The notes under the pieces were generated by a model. That model saw only the letters and a program-made list of their open reading frames with translations, was not told the DNA's origin and did no database searches. Both the position numbers and the translations under genes were made by a program. Below are positions 39,489 through 48,326 of a stretch of DNA of 64,000 nt, one piece after another. Origin of the DNA: a plasmid; the sequence record NZ_CP031419.1; one strand, 5' to 3'. Numbering within the stretch: the stretch's first letter is position 1; the number at the start of each line of letters is the position of its first letter.

Positions 39489-39770
39489 AGGCTCTTCCTT
39501 CCTCTCGACGGCGTCGCAGGCTGGGTCGCACCTGACCGCAGCCGCAGGGTTCCACTGTATCTAAAGGTGCGTCCACACCTAATGGTCCGAGTACCCCCGC
39601 CGAGCCTTTCGGATCTATCGCACCATTAGATACATTAGAGGCATACCAAGTTTACCTGCGGCAACCGTCGCAGGTGAAACCGCAAAACGGATGTTTTAGA
39701 TACATCAGCTACAACGGAACCATTGGGGCTGGTGACCATCGCCGCCCCGCCGCCGAACAAGGAGGCGAAC

Positions 39771-42700
39771 ATGGCGCGGCGAATGCGAAGAATGCAGAGC
39801 GAAGGCCAGCTCAGCCTGGAGGCTCTATGGGGTGACCCGGACCCGGCCCCCTCGACCGTCGACAACCGAAAGGACAATGAGCGCGATGATCATCGATCAG
39901 GTCAGGACGTACTACTCGACGTACCTGCCACAGACGACCGCAGCACTGGACGACTCGGAGGAGTTCTTCCAGGAGCTGAGCGACCAGATCAGCCAGCGGG
40001 TCGAGCAGATCACGGCGCAGCTCGAAACGAACGCGATCGTGCCGGGGCAGGACTACCTGGAGCGAGTGGGAACGCTGAACACCCTGCGAGCGCAGGCACT
40101 GGAATCGGCGCTGGCGGAGCTGCTGTACTCGACACCCCCGGAAGTCGACGAGGACCCGGAACCCAGCCAGACCGAACGCGACCTGCTGGTGATGCAGCAG
40201 GAGGAACGCGCGGTGGATCAGCGGCTGGAGATGGCACCGGGCAGCCCGGAGGCGATCGAGTGGGATCGCCGGTATCCGCATCTGGTCGAGGAAGTGAACT
40301 GGATGCTGACCGATCACGGGGAGCTGACGGTCGAGCAGAAGCGCGAGCAACTGGCGCAGATCATGCACCGGCAGGACGAAGCGAGGGCCCGGCTCCGTCC
40401 GTAGAGCCCCGCACCGGCGAAGGTGGGGACGTCCTTCCCGCCGGGGAACGGCATTACCTGATCGACGGGCTAGAAGTCTGGGAAGCAACCGCCAGCGACT
40501 CCCAGGAGGGCCGATGGGAACGTGCCCGCAGCATCGGTACGGCCACCAGCGCTGAGGAAGCCATCCGCTTGGCGCAGGCCGACGCAATGTTCACCCCGGC
40601 CGAGCTGGCAACGCTGCGCTGCAAGGTCGAGGACGAGGCGTACTCCTACGGCGGGTACAACCGCCCACTGGAGATCTTCAACCCCGGCACCGCCCCTCGC
40701 TACTTGACCGAGGGGCCGCTCAAGTCGTTGTCCACCGGGGAGCGGTTCGGCCCGACCTGGCTTCTGGTGGAGTCCTACCTGCGCGCGCACCCGGACCTCT
40801 ACGACGAGACACCCACTTCGGTGGAAGCCCGCCAGGCGCAACGCAGTGCGGCCGTCAAATCGCTGACCACCGAGGCCGCCGAGCACTTCCGGGCCGGCCG
40901 ACTCGCCCGCGCGCGAGAACTCGTCGATCAGGCCGAACTCGCCAACCCCTACGAGACCGGGACATACGACGGCATCCGCGCCCGCATCGACCGGCTCGCA
41001 GGGATCGTCGACGAACTCGGGCTCTCGCGACCGCAGGAACGGTTCGACGGGCTGCCCGGGGGCAAGCAGGCACAGGTCAGCGTCGGCGACCACAGCTTCT
41101 CCCTCGAGCCCCGAGGGGGCGGCCGTTGGGTCGTCTACCCGAAAACCGGCGGCGTCGAGGACCAATCCACACTGGCGGAACCCATGCCGACCAGCGAGGT
41201 AATGCCGCGCATTCGGACCTACCTGGCAACTCTCTCCGCCCCGCAGAACCCCGAGCCAGCAGCTCACGCTCCCAGCGCTGCGACGACTGCCGCAGAACCG
41301 CGCAATCCCGCGACCCCAGGGGCTGCCCCGGAGGAACCGCTTCTGATCGTCATCGAGCACACCGCGGAGGGCACGCTCGTCCGCAACACCGACAAGAACA
41401 ACCTCGAGCTCCGGCAGGCCCTGCATGACGCCAAGTTCAATTGGTCACGCCCGCAAAAGTTCTGGTACCAGCGGCGGGCAACAGATTTCGCGGTGCGTAC
41501 CCGTCGAGTCGGTTACCTCCGGGCCTCGCTGACCAGGCTCGGGTTGCCCTTCACGGAGACGAATCCGGCGAGTGCCTTGTCCGCCACCGCGGCCGCGGAC
41601 GCCGTTGAGGTCGCGGCTCCGGAGAGAGCGCACGAGCAGCGAACACCCACTGAAACCCAACGTGATCCGGCAGCGGAGTCGGTGGCCTCCGCCGAGGTTT
41701 CACCGACGGCTTCGAGCACGCCGACGCCGCCTTCACTGTCACCTGAAGGCACTGCTAACACCACGACGGCGACATCGACGGCGGTTCCTACCTCCCGAAC
41801 CGAACCGCCCGCCGACCAGCCGGACAGCGCCGCCGGAATTGCCGAAGTCCCGGCACCCGAACAATCGCCGGCTCCGAAGGTCGAGGTGCCACGCTCGACC
41901 CAGCGCCGCATCGAGGCGAACCTGGCAGCGATCAGGACTCTCCAGCTGGTCGAGGCCGAGAGCCGTCAGCCGACCGACGCCGAGCGGGAAGTGCTGGCGA
42001 AGTGGACCTCGTGGGGTGCTGCTCCCCAGATCTTTGACGCTGAGCGCGAAGAGTTCCGTTCGGACGCCGAGTCGCTGCGGGCCCTGATCGGCGAGGAAGG
42101 CTGGAAACAAGCCAATCGCACCGTCCTCAATGCCCACTACACCGATCCGATGATTGTTCGGGCGATGTGGGACCACCTTCGGGCACTCGGGTTCACCGGC
42201 GGTCAGGTACTCGAGCCAGGTTGCGGGGCGGGGGCCTTTATCGGGCACGCTCCGCAGGCGGCATCGATGACCGGCATCGAGCTGGACTCCACCACAGCGC
42301 GCATCGCGCAAACGCTGTACCCGCGCGCCAACATTCGCGTCGAGTCCTTCGCGGACACCCGGCTCCCGGAGGGGCACTTCGACGCCGCGATCGGAAACGT
42401 GCCGTTCTCCTCGGCCCGCCTCCACGACCCGGTCCACAACGCCGGCGAGCACACCATGCACAACCACTTCATTCTCAAGTCGCTCGCGCTGACCAAGCCC
42501 GGCGGCGTGGTGGCGGTGGTGACCAGCTCGTTCACGATGGACAACAAGAACCCCGCTGCTCGCCGCGAAATCGCCGCGCAAGCGGACTTTCTGGGCGCAA
42601 TCCGACTTCCCAACGGTACGCACCGACGGGTCGCGGGCACCGACGTGCTCACCGACATCCTGATCCTGCGCCGCCGCGACGGTGAAGCCCGCCGACCCGG

Positions 42701-45700
42701 CGGGCCCTTCGAGCTAGCCGTCACCGCCGAGCTCCCGCTGACCCGGGGACAAGGGGAGACAGAATCGGTACTGGTCAACGAGTACTTCCTCAACAATCCG
42801 GAGATGGTGCTCGGTGACCTGCGGGCGGGCACCAGCGTTTACGGTGGGCTCGCGGTCGAAGTGCTCGGCCGCGGCGACCTGGAGCAGCACCTGCGCGACG
42901 CGCTGGCTCGAATCGCCGAACGCGCCCTGTCCGAGGGCATCGCCCATCAGCCCAGGGAGCTGGCCAGTGGCGAGCGTCGGGCAGCCGCAGCCGCTCCCGG
43001 TGATCCGAACGAATTCCCTGGCCATCTGCGCACCACGGCGAGCGGATTCGAAGTGCTGCACACCGATGGCACCTACAGCGAGCTGAAGGTGCCCAGCACC
43101 CAAGCCGAGGAGCTGCGGGCACTGCTCGGCTTGCGAGACACCGCGGTTGACCTCTTGGAAAACGAGGCCGCCAACGCCGAGGACTCCGACGAGATCGAGG
43201 CCCTGCGCACGCGCCTCAACCAGCGCTACGACCGCTACGTCGAGCGCTATGGAGCGATCAACCGATGCTCCTGGCATCCGACCGGCCGTGTCGACGACGC
43301 CGGGGAACCGGTGATGTCCGTACGCCGGCCGCCGGTGATGCGGGTGTTCCGCGACGATCCGCACGCGCCGGTTGTGCTGGCCCTCGAGGACTACGACGCC
43401 ACCACCGACAGCGCGGTGAAGATGGCCATCATGCGTCAGCGCGTCGTCGCGCCGCGCAGTCCGCGCCTGGGTGCGGATACTGCCGAGGACGCGGTGGCGA
43501 TCTGCCTCGACACCCACGGCAAGATCGATCTCCCGGTCATCGCGGGCCTGCTCGGCGTAGACGACGACGAAGCCCGCGTCCAATGCCGAGGTCTCATCTA
43601 CCCCGACCCCGCCGACAACGGCCGGTACGTTCCAGCGGCGGAATACCTCTCGGGGAACGTGCGGGTCAAACTCGATCAGGCCCGCGAGGCGGCTGCGGCG
43701 AACCCGGAGACCTACAGCGACAACGTCACCGCGCTCACCGCGGTCATCCCGCCCGACCTCGGACCGGCCGAGATCGACGCCCGCCTGGGCGCGGTGTGGA
43801 TCGAAGCGCCCGACGTGCAGGCGTTCCTCAACGAGATCCTCAACGATGACACGATCACCGTCGAGCACACCAAGGCGGGGGAGTGGAAGGTCACCGGCGG
43901 CCGTCGCGGCATTCTGTCGACCCAGGAATTCGGCACTTCCCGCGTCCCGGCGCCCAAACTCGCCCAGGCCCTGCTGCGGCAGGCCCCGATCCGCGTCTAC
44001 GACCCGGACGAGAACGGTGAGGCTCGCATCCCCAACCCCACCGAAACCGAAGCCGCCAACGAGAAGGCCGAGCAGCTCAACGAGCGGTTCTCCGAATGGG
44101 TGTGGGAGAACCCGGTCCGGGCCGCACGCCTGAGCGAGGAATACAACCGGCGCTTCAACAACCTGGTGCTGCGCAACTACGAGGCCGACGGCAAGATGCT
44201 CAGTCTGCCCGGCCTGTCCAAGGTCTACACCCCGCGTCCGCACCAGCGCGCCGCGGTGGCTCGCATGATCGCCGAACCGAACGTGGGCCTCTTCCACGCG
44301 GTCGGCGCTGGCAAGACCCTCGAAATGGCGATGGGCGTCATGGAGCTCAAACGCCTGGGCCTGGTGAACAAGCCTGCCATCATGGTGCCCAACTCCATGC
44401 TCGACCAGTTCGCCCGCGAATTCCTCCAGGCATACCCGCAGGCGCGCATCCTTGCCGCCGGCACCGAGGATCTGGCCGGGGAGAAGCGGCGGCAGTTCGT
44501 CGCTCGCGCGGCCACCGGGGACTGGGACGCGATCATCCTGACCCGCGGGTCATTCCAGCGCCTCGAGGTCTCCCGCGAGACCGCGCACTGGTACTTCGAT
44601 CGTGAGATCGAGCCCCGGCGCCAGTACCTGGCGGAACTGATGTCCGGCAGCGCGAAACGCAGCGTCGTCAAGCGTATCGAAGACGCGATCCTCAAGTCCG
44701 AGGAGAAGCTGAAGAAGAAGCTCGGCGGTCCCACCGATCCGGGCATCACCTTCGAGCAGTCCGGCATCGACTACATCGTGGTCGACGAGCTGCACGACTT
44801 CAAGAATCTGGCTACCGACACCCAGATCGAGTCCGCCGCCATTGCGGGCAGCCAGCGGGCGCAGAAGCTGCACATGGTCGTGGAGTACCTGCGCGACAAG
44901 CACAACGGTCGCGCCATCACCGGCGCCACGGCCACCCCGCTGGCGAACTCGATCACCGAGGCGTACGTCGTGCAGCGCTACCTGCGCCCGGACCTGCTCG
45001 AAGAGGCCGGAATCCGCAACTTCGACGAGTGGGCGGCCACCTTCGGCAAGACCAAAACCGAGCTGGAGATGTCGGTCGACGGCAACTCCTGGAACCTCAA
45101 GACCCGGCTCGTGGGCTTCCGCAACGTTCCTGAGCTGCAACGCATGTTCCATGTCGCCGCCGACGTGAAACTGCCCGAGGATCTGAACCTCCCGGTGCCC
45201 AAGCTCGCCCGCCGTGCCGACGGGCAGCGTGCGCCGGAGGTCATCTCGGTGCCAGCCACCGAGACCCAGCTCGAGTACGTCCGCGACCTCGGGCACCGCG
45301 CCCAGATGGTGAAATCGCGGGCGGTCGACCCGACCCGCGACAACATGCTCAAGATCTCCTCCGACGGCCGCGCCGCAGCGCTGGATCTCCGGCTGGTCAA
45401 GTCGCTCGGCCTCACCCCTGGCGCCGCAGAAGAACAGGGGAGCCCGACGCTGGACACCGCAGAGGGAGCCGCCATTGCCGGATATCTCCACTCGAAATCC
45501 CCGAGTCCGTCTACAGCGAGGTATGTCGCACTGTACGCAGCGCGATCACGCCACGAACCGCAGCGCCAGGAACCGCAGGAGATTGCCGAGGAAGAGTTCG
45601 GTCTCAAGCTCGAGGCGGCGGCGGACTGGATGTTCCAGAAGTGGCAGGCCGCCAAGGATCAGGTCTACCTCGGCCGGGATGGGCAACCCCACGCCCGCCG

Positions 45701-47057
45701 AGGCGGGCTCGTCGTCGCGTTCTGCGATCTGGGCACCCCCGGTGAGGACTGGAACGCCTACGACGAGCTCAAGACGAAGCTCATCGCGCGGGGCGCTCCG
45801 CCGGAGCTGTTCGCCTACATCCACGACGCGAAGAACGACAAGGGCAAAGCGGCGCTGTTCACCAAGGCCCGAAACGGCAGCATCCAGTTCTTGTTCGGTT
45901 CCACGTCCAAGATGGGCGTCGGCGTGAACATCCAAGACCGCATGGTCGCCATGCTGCACGTCGACTGCCCTTGGCGGCCCGCCGATATCGAGCAGCGCGA
46001 CGGCCGCGGCATCCGCCAGGGCAATCAGAACGAGGAGATCGCGGTTGGCCGAGTCGTCACCGAAGGCACCTTCGACGCCCGAATGTGGGCGGCCCAGGCG
46101 CGCAAGGCGGCCATGGTCAATCAGTTCATGAAGGGCTCTCTGACCGCCCGCGAGATCGACGACATCGGCGACGCGGCCCTCAACGCCAACGAGGCCCTCG
46201 CTATCGCCAGCGGCAACCCCCTGGTGCTGGAGAAGGCCGAGATCGACATCGAGGTCACCAAACTCGAACGTCTGCGGCGCGCGCACCAGCGCAGCCAGTC
46301 CATGCTGCAAATCCGCATCCGTGATGCCAACGACGCGATCCCCAAACTGGAGGCCGAGATCGACGCCTACACCCGGGCGATCGAGCACCGCAGGCCAACC
46401 AAGGGCGATGCCTTCGCCGCCAAGGTCAGCGGACGCTTCTACGACCACCGCGGCGACGCCGGCGACGCCTTGGCCGCCCGGCTGCTCAAGCTGATCGAAG
46501 ACCCCCGGGCGGTGTGGAAGGAGTTCGAGGACCACGGAGTGGCCGAGATCGCTGGCTTCACCTTGGACGCCCGCAACGTCCCGACGGGCCGCGAAGCCAG
46601 GGTGTCGGTGGTGTTCTCCGACATCGGCGACGATGTCTACGTCACGCTCGACAAGGCGACGCTCCAGAAGGGCGGGACCGCCGTGATGCTCCGCCTGGAG
46701 AACGCCGTCAACGGCTTGGACAAGCGGCTTGAGGTTGCCACCGGGCGGCTCGAAACCGAGCGCACGGAACGAGAGCGCTCCGAACTCCGCCTCGGCAAAC
46801 CGTTCGAGCACAGCGAACGGCTGGATGCGCTCCGGGAACGACAGAAGGAGATCAACAAAGAGCTGCTCGGCAGCAAGGAAACGGAGACCGAGAACGCCTC
46901 GACCGATCCGGCGACGGCGCCCGACGAGGCCGAATCCATCCGGTCGGCCGCAATGCACGACGCCGCAGCAATGGTTCACCAGATGGGAGGTGCCGCAGTG
47001 GTCAACAGCCCCAGTGGGATCACGATCATCAGCGATCGGGGCGGGCGGGCTCGGTGA
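39771..47057 (+). CDS. giant N6-type DNA methyltransferase / SNF2-family helicase (P1 DarB-like); true start unresolved
   Basis: Methyltransferase motif I GQVLEPGCGAGAFIG and motif IV NVPFS. Helicase motif I HAVGAGKTLEMAMG, motif II VVDELHDFKN (DExH) and motif VI QRDGRGIRQGN. Its frame is clearly coding only from about 40404 onward. The 39771-40400 portion overlaps the real alternate-frame gene above. Confidence 0.8.
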   Translation: MARRMRRMQSEGQLSLEALWGDPDPAPSTVDNRKDNERDDHRSGQDVLLDVPATDDRSTGRLGGVLPGAERPDQPAGRADHGAARNERDRAGAGLPGASGNAEHPASAGTGIGAGGAAVLDTPGSRRGPGTQPDRTRPAGDAAGGTRGGSAAGDGTGQPGGDRVGSPVSASGRGSELDADRSRGADGRAEARATGADHAPAGRSEGPAPSVEPRTGEGGDVLPAGERHYLIDGLEVWEATASDSQEGRWERARSIGTATSAEEAIRLAQADAMFTPAELATLRCKVEDEAYSYGGYNRPLEIFNPGTAPRYLTEGPLKSLSTGERFGPTWLLVESYLRAHPDLYDETPTSVEARQAQRSAAVKSLTTEAAEHFRAGRLARARELVDQAELANPYETGTYDGIRARIDRLAGIVDELGLSRPQERFDGLPGGKQAQVSVGDHSFSLEPRGGGRWVVYPKTGGVEDQSTLAEPMPTSEVMPRIRTYLATLSAPQNPEPAAHAPSAATTAAEPRNPATPGAAPEEPLLIVIEHTAEGTLVRNTDKNNLELRQALHDAKFNWSRPQKFWYQRRATDFAVRTRRVGYLRASLTRLGLPFTETNPASALSATAAADAVEVAAPERAHEQRTPTETQRDPAAESVASAEVSPTASSTPTPPSLSPEGTANTTTATSTAVPTSRTEPPADQPDSAAGIAEVPAPEQSPAPKVEVPRSTQRRIEANLAAIRTLQLVEAESRQPTDAEREVLAKWTSWGAAPQIFDAEREEFRSDAESLRALIGEEGWKQANRTVLNAHYTDPMIVRAMWDHLRALGFTGGQVLEPGCGAGAFIGHAPQAASMTGIELDSTTARIAQTLYPRANIRVESFADTRLPEGHFDAAIGNVPFSSARLHDPVHNAGEHTMHNHFILKSLALTKPGGVVAVVTSSFTMDNKNPAARREIAAQADFLGAIRLPNGTHRRVAGTDVLTDILILRRRDGEARRPGGPFELAVTAELPLTRGQGETESVLVNEYFLNNPEMVLGDLRAGTSVYGGLAVEVLGRGDLEQHLRDALARIAERALSEGIAHQPRELASGERRAAAAAPGDPNEFPGHLRTTASGFEVLHTDGTYSELKVPSTQAEELRALLGLRDTAVDLLENEAANAEDSDEIEALRTRLNQRYDRYVERYGAINRCSWHPTGRVDDAGEPVMSVRRPPVMRVFRDDPHAPVVLALEDYDATTDSAVKMAIMRQRVVAPRSPRLGADTAEDAVAICLDTHGKIDLPVIAGLLGVDDDEARVQCRGLIYPDPADNGRYVPAAEYLSGNVRVKLDQAREAAAANPETYSDNVTALTAVIPPDLGPAEIDARLGAVWIEAPDVQAFLNEILNDDTITVEHTKAGEWKVTGGRRGILSTQEFGTSRVPAPKLAQALLRQAPIRVYDPDENGEARIPNPTETEAANEKAEQLNERFSEWVWENPVRAARLSEEYNRRFNNLVLRNYEADGKMLSLPGLSKVYTPRPHQRAAVARMIAEPNVGLFHAVGAGKTLEMAMGVMELKRLGLVNKPAIMVPNSMLDQFAREFLQAYPQARILAAGTEDLAGEKRRQFVARAATGDWDAIILTRGSFQRLEVSRETAHWYFDREIEPRRQYLAELMSGSAKRSVVKRIEDAILKSEEKLKKKLGGPTDPGITFEQSGIDYIVVDELHDFKNLATDTQIESAAIAGSQRAQKLHMVVEYLRDKHNGRAITGATATPLANSITEAYVVQRYLRPDLLEEAGIRNFDEWAATFGKTKTELEMSVDGNSWNLKTRLVGFRNVPELQRMFHVAADVKLPEDLNLPVPKLARRADGQRAPEVISVPATETQLEYVRDLGHRAQMVKSRAVDPTRDNMLKISSDGRAAALDLRLVKSLGLTPGAAEEQGSPTLDTAEGAAIAGYLHSKSPSPSTARYVALYAARSRHEPQRQEPQEIAEEEFGLKLEAAADWMFQKWQAAKDQVYLGRDGQPHARRGGLVVAFCDLGTPGEDWNAYDELKTKLIARGAPPELFAYIHDAKNDKGKAALFTKARNGSIQFLFGSTSKMGVGVNIQDRMVAMLHVDCPWRPADIEQRDGRGIRQGNQNEEIAVGRVVTEGTFDARMWAAQARKAAMVNQFMKGSLTAREIDDIGDAALNANEALAIASGNPLVLEKAEIDIEVTKLERLRRAHQRSQSMLQIRIRDANDAIPKLEAEIDAYTRAIEHRRPTKGDAFAAKVSGRFYDHRGDAGDALAARLLKLIEDPRAVWKEFEDHGVAEIAGFTLDARNVPTGREARVSVVFSDIGDDVYVTLDKATLQKGGTAVMLRLENAVNGLDKRLEVATGRLETERTERERSELRLGKPFEHSERLDALRERQKEINKELLGSKETETENASTDPATAPDEAESIRSAAMHDAAAMVHQMGGAAVVNSPSGITIISDRGGRAR
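39877..40404 (+). CDS. acidic hypothetical protein in a different frame from the track's giant ORF
   Basis: GC3 about 88% with typical actinobacterial codon usage (CAG/GAG/CTG/GTC). The overlapping giant-ORF frame has GC3 about 40% over the same span. GAAAGGA RBS before the ATG. Confidence 0.55.
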   Translation: MSAMIIDQVRTYYSTYLPQTTAALDDSEEFFQELSDQISQRVEQITAQLETNAIVPGQDYLERVGTLNTLRAQALESALAELLYSTPPEVDEDPEPSQTERDLLVMQQEERAVDQRLEMAPGSPEAIEWDRRYPHLVEEVNWMLTDHGELTVEQKREQLAQIMHRQDEARARLRP

Positions 47058-47077
47058 CCTTGACGATCACCTATCCG

Positions 47078-47118
47078 CATACGGTGCGGCGGCCTGCGCG
47101 GCCGCACCGTATGCCACG
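47078..47118 (+). terminator. perfect 14-bp inverted repeat after the giant gene
   Basis: GCATACGGTGCGGC [GGCCTGCGCGGCC] GCCGCACCGTATGC. Confidence 0.45.
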
Positions 47119-47172
47119 TTGTTGCTGGTGGGAGTGGGAAATGTGGTTGCGGGGTGTGTGAGGATTGTCGGT

Positions 47173-48039
47173 ATGCCATTGCTGCGCGTCGCTGTCCCGA
47201 ACAAAGGTTCTCTGAGCGAATCGGCTCTGACGTTGCTCACCGAGGCCGGGTATCGCCTACCGCGGGTGCGGAACAAGGAGTTGAACTGCTTCGATCCCGA
47301 GAACGAGATCGAGTTCTTCTTCCAGCGGCCCCGCGATATCGCGGTGTACGTGGGCGCGGGAACCCTGGATCTGGGGATCACGGGCAAGGATCTGCTCGAC
47401 GACGCCGCCGCGCCGGCGGAGTCGGTTCTCGACCTCGGGTTCGCCCGGTCGACGTTCTATTTCGCGGCGCGTCCGGACGGGCCGAAGTCGGTGGCGGACC
47501 TGGCGGGCCGGTCGGTGGCGACGTCGTATCCGGAACTGGTGCGCAAGCACTTGGCCCAGGCGGGGGTGTCGGCCAACGTCGTGGTGTTGCAAGGCGCGGT
47601 GGAGAACGCGGTCGCCCTCGGCTTGGCGGATGCGATCGCCGATGTGGTGGAGACCGGGACGTCGTTGGAGAACGCGGGCCTGGTCACCTTCGGTGAGCCC
47701 CTGATGAGGTCGGAGGCGGTGCTGATCCGCAGTACCACGGCGGAGTGGACCGATGAGCGGGCCGAGGCGGTGACGGTGATGCTGGACCGCCTCAACGGGG
47801 TGTTGACCGCGCGCCGGTACGTGATGGTCGATTACGACTGCCCGCGGGCGGTGCTCGATGCGGCGTGTGCGTTGACGCCGGGGATCGAGTCGCCGACGGT
47901 GTCGCCACTGGCGGACCCGGATTGGGTGGCGGTGCGGTCGTTGGTGGAGCGCAAGAGCATCAACCGCACCATGGACGACCTCAAGAAGCTCGGGGCCTCC
48001 GCGATCCTGGCGACCGAACTGGCTGCCTGCCGCCTATGA
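47173..48039 (+). CDS. hisG: ATP phosphoribosyltransferase (long form)
   Basis: MPLLRVAVPNKGSLSE...; 288 aa with HisG-typical length and motifs. Confidence 0.9.
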   Translation: MPLLRVAVPNKGSLSESALTLLTEAGYRLPRVRNKELNCFDPENEIEFFFQRPRDIAVYVGAGTLDLGITGKDLLDDAAAPAESVLDLGFARSTFYFAARPDGPKSVADLAGRSVATSYPELVRKHLAQAGVSANVVVLQGAVENAVALGLADAIADVVETGTSLENAGLVTFGEPLMRSEAVLIRSTTAEWTDERAEAVTVMLDRLNGVLTARRYVMVDYDCPRAVLDAACALTPGIESPTVSPLADPDWVAVRSLVERKSINRTMDDLKKLGASAILATELAACRL

Positions 48040-48053
48040 CCCACGCACCCGTG

Positions 48054-48317
48054 TCATCGCTGGTGTTGGCCGCCGTCGGCGCGGCGCTGGACGGCGGTGG
48101 CGATGAGTCGTATATCCCGCCCGGCGCCGTGTGCGGCAGCAACGGCTTCGCGTAGCGCGGCGATTTCCTCTGGCCGCAGCGCGGCGAGCGGCACATCCTC
48201 GCCGATCACCTGGAGCGCCTGTTGGGAGGCGGTTTCCAGCTCGTCGGCGCACTTGACCAGCTGGGCAGTGAGCGGAAATCTCGCCTTGTCTGCGGTCAGC
48301 AGAAAGTCGTCAGCCAC
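48054..48317 (-). CDS. hypothetical protein
   Basis: GTG start, 87 aa, GC3 about 75%. No domain recognised. Confidence 0.3.
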   Translation of the reverse strand: MADDFLLTADKARFPLTAQLVKCADELETASQQALQVIGEDVPLAALRPEEIAALREAVAAAHGAGRDIRLIATAVQRRADGGQHQR

Positions 48318-48326
48318 GGCGCAAAC

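Larger units (their letters stand above)
2250..47120. mobile_element. plasmid/ICE-like mobile element (boundaries approximate)
   Basis: Rep-like, parAB, tyrosine recombinases, Xis/AlpA, MobC plus relaxase, primase, R-M methylase, TA pair and a DarB-like gene. Element-specific promoter boxes occur only in this interval. Housekeeping genes (hisG, dgt) flank it on the right. Confidence 0.5.
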
